A DNA stretch of 22,361 bases from Myxococcales bacterium (GTDB lineage: Bacteria; Myxococcota_A; UBA9042). The DNA is taken from the NCBI GenBank assembly GCA_037441385.1, contig JBBISH010000105.1:1-22361 (forward strand), read 5' to 3'. The translations under genes and the position numbers were made by a program. This document shows, in pieces, positions 1-8,573 of this stretch. Numbering within the stretch: position 1 is the first letter of the stretch; the number at the start of each line of letters is the position of its first letter. Below the pieces are notes generated by a model, which worked only from the letters and a program-made list of their open reading frames with translations, made no database searches and was not told the origin of the DNA.

Positions 1-55
1 CCGCCCCGCTCTCCCGGCGCCGCTGGCGCCACTCGTTCGCTTCGCTCACCGCGGG

Positions 56-158
56 GACCCCTCCTCTCCCAACGCTTTGGGCGAGGGGTAATGCAATTTC
101 CCTTTACTCCTCGCCCACTTCAGTGGGAGAGGGGTCGGCCGCAGGCCGGGGGTGAGGG
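56..158. repeat. REP/BIME-like inverted doublet of CCCTCTCCC-n-GGGAGAGGG-type hairpins
   Basis: Copy 1 (56-91) GACCCCTCCTCTCCCAACGCTTTGGGCGAGGGGTAA. Reverse complement of copy 2 (104-136) GACCCCTCTCCCACTGAAGTGGGCGAGGAGTAA. Each copy is itself an imperfect hairpin, and copy 2 is followed by GGCCGCAGGCCGGGGGTGAGGG, a tail typical of this widespread intergenic repeat class. Confidence 0.7.
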
Positions 159-222
159 CCATTCGACGCTGCGGCAGAGTAAGCAACCGGTAAGGCAGGA
201 AAAGCCACAAGGTTCGCCCTGT

Positions 223-251
223 TTGACGCCCCCGCCCGCCAGGCGTAGTCT
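223..251 (+). promoter_or_regulatory. sigma70-type promoter for the 291 gene
   Basis: TTGACG (223-228), 17-bp spacer, TAGTCT (246-251). GAGG at 280-283 precedes ATG 291. Confidence 0.65.
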
Positions 252-290
252 GCCCCCACAGGCCGGAATGCCCGCGTGCGAGGCGACCCC

Positions 291-2309
291 ATGGTGGCGA
301 CCAGGCAACAGAACAGTCCGTTCTTGATGGTGGATTCCCCGCAGCGACCGCAGCCGTCTGCGCTGCGCCTTGGCTTGCTGGTCGGGCTTGCCCTGACCGT
401 GCCCGCAGTCGCGCATGCGGCCGGCGACCCCAAGGGCATGACCACGGTGACCCTGACGCCCACCGACGACACCTGGGCCACGCACGACGACGCCACCGTC
501 CACGGCACCGAGACGACGCTGAAAGTGGGCATCCAGCGGCAGGAATGCAAGGTCGGCGACCCCAAGAACATCTGCGTCAGCGGCGGCCAGGAGTGCTGCC
601 CGGCGGTTGGCGATGTGCCCAGCTTTTGCGCGCCCAAGGGCACCTGCGCCACCGCTACGCCGGCCTGGGCCAATTTCCGCAGCTTCCGCACCTACTTGCG
701 CTTTGACGCCAGCAAGCTGCCCAAGGGCCTGGTGGTCGACGCCAAGCTGAACCTGCGCGTAGTCAAAGTGACCGAGATTCTGGGCGGCAAGGCCAAGGTC
801 ACCACGACCCGCCTGAAGAAGATCGGCAGCCCCACCGCCATCTGCGCCTGGAGCGAAGCGACCTTGAACGACAGCAACGGCACCACCTGGAGCTCGCTGC
901 CGCAAAACCTGGCGCTCGCGCCCAACCAGACCTGGACCTTTGACGTGACCAAGGCGGTGCGCGACTGGCAGAACGGCGACACCGACTACAGCACCACGCC
1001 GCTGGCCGACAACTGCGGCTTGCACCTGTACGATCCGGACTTTGGCAGCAAGGACAAGCCGATTGAGCGGTGGGTCACCTTCCACTCCAAAGAGGGTACC
1101 GAGCCGCCCAAGCTGGTGGTGACGGTCGCGCAGGACCTGGACGGCGATGGCGCAACGGCTGATGTCGACTGCAACGACGCCGACAAGAACGTCCACCCCG
1201 GCGCCATCGACGTGTGCAAAGACGGGATCGACAGCGACTGCACCGGCAGCGACGGCGACGAACGCTGCGACGGCCAAGACAACGACTGCAACGGCGTGGT
1301 CGACGACGGCGCCGCGAGCTGCCCTGCCGGCTTGGTCTGCGCCAACCACGTCTGCATCCAGGCCTGCAGCAACGCCTGCGCCGGGCCCTTTGACAAAAAG
1401 TGCGAGTGGGACGCCGCTTCCAGCACCTGGCAGGTGTGGGGCTGCAGCAAGACCAACGGCCCCTGCTACGGCTGGATGAAATACGACAGCTGCAACGAGG
1501 GGCAGTTTTGCCAGTACGGCTCGTGCTCGTCGAACTGCATCGACCTATGCGACGAGGCGAACAACAAAGACGGCGCCATGGCCTGCGTCAAGGACTCGCT
1601 GGGCCGCTGGCACGTGGCGCAGTGCGGCAACTGGGACAGCGACTCGTGCTTGGAATTCAAGTATATCGACGACTGCAAACCCAGCGCGACCTGCAGCAAC
1701 GCCGCCTGCGCGGGTGGCTGCAACGACACGTGCAGCAAGGTCGGCGAGCTGACCTGCGACGGCAGCTCGGCAGTGGTCTGCAGCGACTCGGACAAGGACG
1801 GCTGCTTGGACAACTTGAGCAGCAAAGCCTGCGGCGCGGTGAACTGCGCGGCCCCCACAGGCTGCCTCATCGTGCCCGAGGCCAGCGGAGCGGATGCCGG
1901 CAGCAGTGACGCTTCGGCCGGCGATGCTTCGAGTGACACATCCGGCGCGGACAGCGAGGCGCCGGACGCGAGCACTGCCGATGCCGCGACCTCGGACCTG
2001 ACGCAAGACGATGCCGGAGCGCCGGATGCCAGCGGCGACGCGGCCACGCAAGATGCTGGCACTACCGACCTGGGCTTGAGCGATACGCCGCCCAGCGACG
2101 CGGCTGCAGTCGCCGATGCCGCGGCCGCCAAGGACATCACGCTTGGCGAGTTGGGCAAGCTGGATGTCGCGACTGCGCCCAGCAAGCCAGCCAGCACCGA
2201 GTCGTCCAGCGGCTGCTCCAGCCAGAGCCGCGGCGATTGGCACGGCCTGGCCGCCCTGGTCCTGATCGCCGTGTTGCGGCTGCGGCGGCGCGAGGCCATG
2301 GGTGCGTGA
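291..2309 (+). CDS. Secreted/surface-anchored Cys-rich protein: DNRLRE/CBM96-like domain, MopE-like metal-binding motifs, three 8-Cys repeats, acidic Ser/Ala/Asp linker, MYXO-CTERM-like tail
   Basis: Signal peptide LRLGLLVGLALTVPAVAHA. DNRLRE-like motifs TLTPTDDTW, TLKVG, RTYLRFD, WSEATL..TW, FDVTKAVRDW, FHSKEG..PKLVVT. DLDGDG..DCND....HPGAIDVC.DGIDSDC and CDGQDNDCNG motifs. C-terminus SSGCSS..GLAALVLIAVLRLRRR. Start 291 chosen for its RBS and the promoter; 276 and 327 are alternatives. Confidence 0.8.
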   Translation: MVATRQQNSPFLMVDSPQRPQPSALRLGLLVGLALTVPAVAHAAGDPKGMTTVTLTPTDDTWATHDDATVHGTETTLKVGIQRQECKVGDPKNICVSGGQECCPAVGDVPSFCAPKGTCATATPAWANFRSFRTYLRFDASKLPKGLVVDAKLNLRVVKVTEILGGKAKVTTTRLKKIGSPTAICAWSEATLNDSNGTTWSSLPQNLALAPNQTWTFDVTKAVRDWQNGDTDYSTTPLADNCGLHLYDPDFGSKDKPIERWVTFHSKEGTEPPKLVVTVAQDLDGDGATADVDCNDADKNVHPGAIDVCKDGIDSDCTGSDGDERCDGQDNDCNGVVDDGAASCPAGLVCANHVCIQACSNACAGPFDKKCEWDAASSTWQVWGCSKTNGPCYGWMKYDSCNEGQFCQYGSCSSNCIDLCDEANNKDGAMACVKDSLGRWHVAQCGNWDSDSCLEFKYIDDCKPSATCSNAACAGGCNDTCSKVGELTCDGSSAVVCSDSDKDGCLDNLSSKACGAVNCAAPTGCLIVPEASGADAGSSDASAGDASSDTSGADSEAPDASTADAATSDLTQDDAGAPDASGDAATQDAGTTDLGLSDTPPSDAAAVADAAAAKDITLGELGKLDVATAPSKPASTESSSGCSSQSRGDWHGLAALVLIAVLRLRRREAMGA

Positions 2310-2337
2310 TCCCGGCGCGGTGCAAAACAGCGGGGCG

Positions 2338-3810
2338 ATGCGGCCGGTCCGGCGGGCTCCCAGATGGTGCGCTAGGCTGAGCCTGATCGCAGCCCTGGCC
2401 ACGGGCTGCAACGGCGGCACCGCTGTGCCGACTGCCGACGCGGACGCAGCGAATGTCTTGGCCGATGCCGATGCGGCGGTACCAGCAAGCGAGGTCGTCG
2501 ATCGCCAACCGACTGCACCGCAAGCCACTGCGCTGTGGTTGACGGTGGAGGACTTGCCAGCGGCGATGACGGGCACGGCGGCGCCCGGGTTTGCCTGGGC
2601 GGTGGCGCAAGGCGACTTCGAGCTGGAGGTGTTGGCCGCGCCCGACATCGCACAACCCGCTACTCCTACTGTGGAATACCACGTAGCGGCTGACCCGGCT
2701 GCCGGCTGGCTACCGCTGCCGTCTCCAGCCGCAAGCCACACGGTCGCGGGCGATGGACAGCACGTCTGGAGGCTGCAACCCAGCCTGGGCGCTGGCCAAG
2801 TGCGCCTGCGGGCACGCTCGGGGGTCGCCCAGTCGCCCGAGCTGCCCCTGCACATCGCAGAACGTACGCCCGACCGTGATCCCTTTGCCCAGGTCGACTT
2901 CTGGCGCGTGCACTGGGACCGCGACCTGGGCCAGGTGCAGGTCAAGCTGGCGGGCAACGCGGCGCAGGTCAGCCAGACCAAAAAGCCCAACGGCACCCCG
3001 GATTGGATCGAGGCGCTGGAGCAGTTGGGGCTGCAAGGTGGCGACGCGGCGTGGAACGGTGGGCTGCGCGCGGCCGTCCAGTACGCAGTCCGCCAGCAGC
3101 TGTGGGGCTACTTCCACCTGGACCCGCAGACGGGCGCCTTGGTCTCCGGAAGTGTGCGCGTGCAGTTTGCCTTTGACGACGAGCCTTGGCCGACGACCGG
3201 CGCGATCAAGCAGTCGACCATCGCGGTGGGCGGCGACGCGCCTGTGATTGGCGGCGTGCAGAGTCTGTTTGGCCAGGCGCTCACCGACGCGAACAACCAG
3301 CAGGCCGACGACGATACCGCAGCGGATTTGGGGATCTTCACCACCTCGTTGCTGCGGGCGATCCTGCAGCAGCCCGTGGCGCAGAAGCTGCTGGCGCAGG
3401 TCGTGCCGGCCCTGGGCGGTCAACCTATTGGCAGTTTGGCCAGCGATGCCGCGCTGCTGGACCCCAAGCTGGATCCAAACGCGATCACGGAGCCGCAAGC
3501 GAAGCAGCGGGCGGTTCTCTACAAGCTGGTGATGCGGCTGCTGGCGACCGGCCTGAGCTCGCTGCTGGCCCACGAAATCGGGCACTCGCTGGGGCTGGTG
3601 CAGCCGGGGCTGCCGCCGCATGGACTGCTGGCGGGGATCGACGGGCCGTGGCTGGCGGGGCCCAGCGACGGCTGGCACATCGACACGCCCGGTCCCAACC
3701 TGATGCAGCAGGGAAAGTCGCTCAATATGACCGAGATTTTGAGCCAGAGCCCGGCCTTCAGTCCGATGGAGCTCGGCTACCTGCGCCGGCATCTGTTGGT
3801 GCTGAAGTAG
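2338..3810 (+). CDS. Lipoprotein with C-terminal metzincin-like zinc metallopeptidase motif
   Basis: Basic N-region, hydrophobic stretch and lipobox-like LATGC. HEIGHSLGL at 3571-3597, followed by H..PNLM (Met-turn-like). Alternative GTG start at 2302 overlaps the upstream stop. Confidence 0.7.
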   Translation: MRPVRRAPRWCARLSLIAALATGCNGGTAVPTADADAANVLADADAAVPASEVVDRQPTAPQATALWLTVEDLPAAMTGTAAPGFAWAVAQGDFELEVLAAPDIAQPATPTVEYHVAADPAAGWLPLPSPAASHTVAGDGQHVWRLQPSLGAGQVRLRARSGVAQSPELPLHIAERTPDRDPFAQVDFWRVHWDRDLGQVQVKLAGNAAQVSQTKKPNGTPDWIEALEQLGLQGGDAAWNGGLRAAVQYAVRQQLWGYFHLDPQTGALVSGSVRVQFAFDDEPWPTTGAIKQSTIAVGGDAPVIGGVQSLFGQALTDANNQQADDDTAADLGIFTTSLLRAILQQPVAQKLLAQVVPALGGQPIGSLASDAALLDPKLDPNAITEPQAKQRAVLYKLVMRLLATGLSSLLAHEIGHSLGLVQPGLPPHGLLAGIDGPWLAGPSDGWHIDTPGPNLMQQGKSLNMTEILSQSPAFSPMELGYLRRHLLVLK

Positions 3811-5251
3811 GCGCGTCGTCGCCGCGGCTATGGCGGCGCTCGCTCTCGATCTGCCGCAACGTGCTGCGGTCGATAGGGGTAGGGTAGACCCCGCAGAAGC
3901 AGGCGTAGCAGCCGGCGGTGCTGCCGAACAGGGCCTGCAGATCGTCCAGCCGCTGATAAACCACCGCATCCGCGCCCAGCGCTTGGCGAATCTGCTCCGT
4001 ATCCAGCCCGGCGGCCAGGATCTCGCCGCGGGTGGCGATGTCGATGCCGTACACACACGGGAAGCGCACCGGCGGCGCCGCCGACAGCATGTATACGGCC
4101 TTGGCCCCGCAGTCGCGCAGCAGCCGCACGATGTGCCGCGAGGTGGTGCCGCGGACGATCGAGTCGTCGACCACCGCGACCTTTTTGTCGGCAATGACCT
4201 CGCGAATCGGGTTCAGCTTCTGCCGCACGGCGCGCTCGCGCTCGGCCTGCGTCGAGTGCAGAAAGCTGCGCCCAAACTCGGGATTTTGCGCCAGACCGCG
4301 CCGATAGGGCAGCCCCAGCGCTTCGGCCAGGCCCGTGGCGGCAAAGTAAGCCGAGTTGGGCACATCGATGACGATGTCGGGTTGCAGCCCAGCCTCGCGT
4401 ACGCGGTCGGCCAGCTTGCGCCCGGCCAAGATACGCTGCGCCGCGACGCGGGCGCCGTTCATCACCGCGTCCTCGCGGGCAAAGTAGATGAACTCAAAGG
4501 CGCAGAACTGGCTGGGACCTGGGGCCGGCGCCGAATGGTGGACCTGGCCATCCAGTGTGACCAGCACGGCCTCGCCCGGCGCCACCTCGCGCTGCACGGC
4601 AAAGCCCAGGTGGTCAAAGACCGTGGACTCACTGGCCAACGCGACGCTGTGCCCTTGCCCCTGGCGCCGCTCGCCCAGCACCAACGGCCGAATGCCGTGG
4701 CGGTCGCGGAAACCCAGCAGCCCCAGCCCCGCCACCACTGCCACCACCGAGTAGGCGCCTTCGACCTGGTCCAGCAGCGCCGAAACCGCCGCCAAGACGG
4801 CGGGCACGCCCAGGCGCTTCAGATCCGCGCGCTCCAGAAGTGCGGCCAGGGTATAGAGAATCAGCTCGACGTCGTTGTTCGTTTCGACCAGGCGGTGGTG
4901 CTCGCGGTTCAGGCGGGTGCGCAGGCGGGCAAAGTTGGTCACGTTGCCGTTGTGGGCCATCGCCAGGGCCAGCGGGTAGTTCACCGCCACGGGCTGGGCG
5001 TCTTGGACCTCGGCGCTGCCCTGCGTGGCATAGCGGACGTGGCCGATGCCGATGCGACCGCGCAGCTCTTTGTGGACGTCCAGGTCGCCAAAGACTCGGG
5101 TGGCGCGGCCGGTGCCCTTGTGCAGGTGGAAGCGATCGGACCAGGTGACGATGCCCGCCGCGTCCTGGCCGCGGTGCTGCAGGGCCGACAGACCCACCAC
5201 CAGATCGCTCGCGACCGCGCTGCTGCTGACGATGCCAAGGACTCCGCACAT
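3758..5251 (-). CDS. purF: Amidophosphoribosyltransferase
   Basis: MCGVLG N-terminal Ntn nucleophile Cys, QHRGQD, GHVRYAT, HNGN, CAFEFIYFAR, PRPP motif VVDDSIVRGTT, PCVYGID, CYAC. Confidence 0.96.
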   Translation of the reverse strand: MCGVLGIVSSSAVASDLVVGLSALQHRGQDAAGIVTWSDRFHLHKGTGRATRVFGDLDVHKELRGRIGIGHVRYATQGSAEVQDAQPVAVNYPLALAMAHNGNVTNFARLRTRLNREHHRLVETNNDVELILYTLAALLERADLKRLGVPAVLAAVSALLDQVEGAYSVVAVVAGLGLLGFRDRHGIRPLVLGERRQGQGHSVALASESTVFDHLGFAVQREVAPGEAVLVTLDGQVHHSAPAPGPSQFCAFEFIYFAREDAVMNGARVAAQRILAGRKLADRVREAGLQPDIVIDVPNSAYFAATGLAEALGLPYRRGLAQNPEFGRSFLHSTQAERERAVRQKLNPIREVIADKKVAVVDDSIVRGTTSRHIVRLLRDCGAKAVYMLSAAPPVRFPCVYGIDIATRGEILAAGLDTEQIRQALGADAVVYQRLDDLQALFGSTAGCYACFCGVYPTPIDRSTLRQIESERRHSRGDDAPTSAPTDAGAGSRAPSD

Positions 5252-5255
5252 GGAT

Positions 5256-7025
5256 CTAGAACACCAACAAGTAGTTGCGAATCGTTTGAGCGTACAAGCG
5301 GTGTTCGACCGCCAGCCCGCGGGCCTCGACCTCGGCGAGCGTGGCCGCACCGCGCAGGTCCACGCCTTCTTGCGCCAGAATCGGCCCGCTGTCCAGCCCC
5401 GCGTCGACCAGATGAACCGTCACGGCGGTCGCGGCCAGGCGCTGCTCCCACGCCCACCGGTAGCCGTGCAGGCCTACGTATTGGGTAGGATCGGCGGGGT
5501 GAATGTTCAGGATGCGCCCGGCAAACGCGTCCACGAATTCCGCCGCCAGGAGCCGGGCAAACCCCGCCAGCACCACCACTTCCACGCCGTGTTGCTGTAG
5601 CAGGGCCGCCGCTTGATCGCCCCACTCGCGCCGCGAACGCCCCGCGTGGTCCAGCTGTACGACCGTCAGTCCGGCGTCGCGGGCGATGGATTGGCCTGGA
5701 GCGCTGCGGTCCCACAGCGTGACGACGATCTCGGCAAAACCCTGCAGAGCCCCGTTCTTGCACGCCTGAATCAAGGCCGCCAGGTTGGAACCGCGCCCGG
5801 AGGCCAACACCGCCAGCCGCCGCGGTCGGGCTTTGGCGCCGATGTCGCGACGCAGCAAAAGTCCTTGAGCCGCAAGCGGTTCAGCGCGCTGGTAGGCCTG
5901 GGCGAGCGCCTGATCCAGCGTGGCGCCCTGGCCCAGCGCCACCGCCGCACGCCCCGCCTGGGTCAGCCACCCGTGGCCCGTTGCCTGCAAGCCAGGCAGC
6001 AATAGTCCTTCAGGAGTGTTGACTTCCACGCTCTGGCCCAGCTCGGGCGCGCTGGGATAACCCGGCACCGCCAGCACCACCGCCGCGGCAAAACCGGGTT
6101 GGACGGTCACGCTTTGGACCGGAAGGTTGCCGTGGGCGACGCTCCAGAGCAGCGGACCCAAGTCCCCCGCCAGCAGCGGCAGCAGCACCTGGCACTCGGG
6201 ATCGCCCAGGCGCACGTTGTATTCGAGCAGGCGCGGCCCGCTCGGCGTCACCATCACGCCAAAATAGAGCACGCCGCGGTAGTCCAGCCCCTCGGCGCGC
6301 AGGCCGCGCAGGGTTGGGACCACGATCTGCGCCTCGATCTCGGCCAGCAGCGCCGGACCGGCCCATGGCAGCGGCGCCACCGCCCCCATGCCGCCGGTGT
6401 TGGGCCCCAAGTCGCCGTCGAGCAAGCGCTTGTGGTCCATGGCGACCGGCAGCAGCGCGTACGATTCGCCCGCGACCAGCGCGTGCAGCGACAGCTCGCG
6501 ACCGTGCAGCAGCTCTTCGAGCACCACCGGCGCGCCTGCGCCATCCCGCGCGGCCGCTTCGTGCAAGGCGGCCTGCAGCTGGTTGCGGTCGCGGCACAGC
6601 GTGACGCCCTTGCCGCCGCACAGCCCGTCGCGCTTGACCACCACCGGCAGCGGCTGCATGGCGGCCAGTTGCAGCGCGTCAGCCAGCGGCAGGGCCTGCC
6701 AAGGGGCCGTGGCGACGCCGTGGCGGTGCATGAAGGCCTTGGCCCAGGACTTGGAGCCCTCTAGCCGAGCCGCGGCCTGATCCGGACCAACGGTGGCCAC
6801 GCCCGCCCGGCGCAGGGTATCGGCCAGACCGGCCACCAGCGGCGCTTCCGGCCCAATCACAGCCAGATCCACTCCTGCGGCGAGCAAGCTTTGAGCAAAC
6901 GCGGCAAAGTCGCCGGTGGGCGCCGGACAGCCCAACGTACGATGACCGTGCGCCTGCAAGTGCTGAACCAGCGCCAGCTCGCGGCCGCCGCTGCCAACTA
7001 CGGCGATGAGAAGCGGGTGGATCAT
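5256..7025 (-). CDS. purD: Fused phosphoribosylamine--glycine ligase (PurD) / GAR transformylase (PurN)
   Basis: PurD motifs [64 protein letters not shown]. These continue in frame into PurN motifs [39 protein letters not shown] (about 5825-5256). Confidence 0.93.
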   Translation of the reverse strand: MIHPLLIAVVGSGGRELALVQHLQAHGHRTLGCPAPTGDFAAFAQSLLAAGVDLAVIGPEAPLVAGLADTLRRAGVATVGPDQAAARLEGSKSWAKAFMHRHGVATAPWQALPLADALQLAAMQPLPVVVKRDGLCGGKGVTLCRDRNQLQAALHEAAARDGAGAPVVLEELLHGRELSLHALVAGESYALLPVAMDHKRLLDGDLGPNTGGMGAVAPLPWAGPALLAEIEAQIVVPTLRGLRAEGLDYRGVLYFGVMVTPSGPRLLEYNVRLGDPECQVLLPLLAGDLGPLLWSVAHGNLPVQSVTVQPGFAAAVVLAVPGYPSAPELGQSVEVNTPEGLLLPGLQATGHGWLTQAGRAAVALGQGATLDQALAQAYQRAEPLAAQGLLLRRDIGAKARPRRLAVLASGRGSNLAALIQACKNGALQGFAEIVVTLWDRSAPGQSIARDAGLTVVQLDHAGRSRREWGDQAAALLQQHGVEVVVLAGFARLLAAEFVDAFAGRILNIHPADPTQYVGLHGYRWAWEQRLAATAVTVHLVDAGLDSGPILAQEGVDLRGAATLAEVEARGLAVEHRLYAQTIRNYLLVF

Positions 7026-7037
7026 GTGGGGTGCGTG

Positions 7038-8573
7038 TCAGTGCAAAAAATGCCGGGTACCGGTGAACATCAAGATCGCGCCAGCGCGGTCACACGCCGC
7101 CACGACTTCGGCGTCGCGGACCGAGCCGCCCGGCTCGACGAGCATGCGCAGGCCCGCTTGCAGGGCCAGCTCTGGACCGTCGGCAAAGGGAAAAAAGGCG
7201 TCCGACACCAGCACGCACTGCCCCAACTCGGCGGACAGGTCGCAGTCTGGCTGCTCGCGGCGCAAATTGGCCTGGGCCTGCTCGACGGCGAGCTTGACCG
7301 AAGCCACGCGGTTGGGCTGGCCAGCGCCCATGCCGAGCAACTGCAGGTGACTGCCCAGCCCGCGCACGATGGCGATCGCGTTCGATTTTTGCGCGCGCAC
7401 CACGGCCAGGCCAAACGCCGCGAGCGGCATCGGAAATTCCATGGGCTTGATCCGCGACACGAACTCGTGCTTGGCCCACAGCTCGCTGTCGCGGCTTTGG
7501 CTCACGGTCCCCATCGCCAGGCTGCGGCGGCGGCGGTCGGGCAGGCTCCCGCTGGAAGTGACGATGCGCAAATTCTTGTTTTGGCTCAGGTAGCTCACCG
7601 CCTCGTCGCTGAGTGCGGGCGCCGCCACCACCTCGACGAAGCGCCGCTCGGGCGTGTCCATGGCCAAGAACCGCAGATCCTCGCGCCCCAACGGGCGGTT
7701 GCAGGCCAACACCCCGCCAAAAGCCGACACCGGGTCGCCGGCCCACGCCAGCTCCAGCAGGCCCGCAGTGCTGTCCGCCATCGCCACACCACACGGGTTG
7801 CCGTGCTTGACGATGGCCAGGGCCGGCTGGGGCAGGTCCAGCACCAGCGAGAGCGCCGCGTCGATGTCCAACAGGTTGTTGTACGACAGGGCCTTGCCGC
7901 CGTGCACCTGCATCCCCAGCGGCCCGTCGGGCACGAAGACGGCAGTCTGATGCGGGTTCTCGCCGTAGCGCAATGGCTGGCCCGCGTAGTGCTCAGCGAC
8001 CGCCGTGTCGTAGGCCGCGGTGTGGACAAACGCCTGCTGCATCCAGCGCTTGCGTGCTGGCAGCCGCGTCGAGCCGCCGGTCTGGGCCAGCTCGGTCTGC
8101 AGCTCGGCGTACTGGCTTGGGTCGGTCAGGACCGCCACGCTGGCGAAATTCTTGGCCGCCGCCCGGATCAGGGTCGGTCCGCCGATGTCGATCGACTCGA
8201 CCAGCTCGGCGCCGTCTACCCCTTGTGCGGCGCGTTGGACAAAGGGGTACAGGTTCACTACCACCAGGTCGATAGGCTGCAGGCCCAAGCCGGCGGCCTC
8301 GGCCGCGTGTTCGCGGCGGTCGAACAGGATGCTGGCCATCACCTCGAACGACAGAGTCTTGATGCGGCCGCCCAGCGCCTGGCCGTGGCCGCTATAGCGC
8401 GCGACGTCGTCGACGGTCAGCCCCGCCGCCTGCAATGCCGCCCGCGTGCCGCCGCTGGCCACCAACCGCACACCATGGCCGGCCAGCGTGCGCGCCAAAT
8501 CGACCAGCCCACGTTTGTCGCTGACGCTCAACAACGCCGTGCGCACGGACTGCAAGCGGTCGTCGTCACTCAT
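7038..8573 (-). CDS. purH: Bifunctional AICAR transformylase / IMP cyclohydrolase
   Basis: ALLSVSDK, GRIKTL, VVNLYPF, IDIGGPTLIRAAAKN, LRYGENPHQ, SYNNLLD, KHGNPCG, KSNAI, SDAFFPF, PGGSVRD, RHFLH. ATGA overlap with the purQ stop. Confidence 0.96.
   Translation of the reverse strand: MSDDDRLQSVRTALLSVSDKRGLVDLARTLAGHGVRLVASGGTRAALQAAGLTVDDVARYSGHGQALGGRIKTLSFEVMASILFDRREHAAEAAGLGLQPIDLVVVNLYPFVQRAAQGVDGAELVESIDIGGPTLIRAAAKNFASVAVLTDPSQYAELQTELAQTGGSTRLPARKRWMQQAFVHTAAYDTAVAEHYAGQPLRYGENPHQTAVFVPDGPLGMQVHGGKALSYNNLLDIDAALSLVLDLPQPALAIVKHGNPCGVAMADSTAGLLELAWAGDPVSAFGGVLACNRPLGREDLRFLAMDTPERRFVEVVAAPALSDEAVSYLSQNKNLRIVTSSGSLPDRRRRSLAMGTVSQSRDSELWAKHEFVSRIKPMEFPMPLAAFGLAVVRAQKSNAIAIVRGLGSHLQLLGMGAGQPNRVASVKLAVEQAQANLRREQPDCDLSAELGQCVLVSDAFFPFADGPELALQAGLRMLVEPGGSVRDAEVVAACDRAGAILMFTGTRHFLH

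Noticed and set aside
91..327. 78-aa ORF at the window start
   Set aside because: It spans the REP-like repeat and the promoter, and its translation is repeat-derived.
104..4194. Long - strand ORFs (120-1349, 1466-2299, 1545-2996, 2710-4194)
   Set aside because: They are antisense to the two + strand genes that carry signal peptides and domain motifs.
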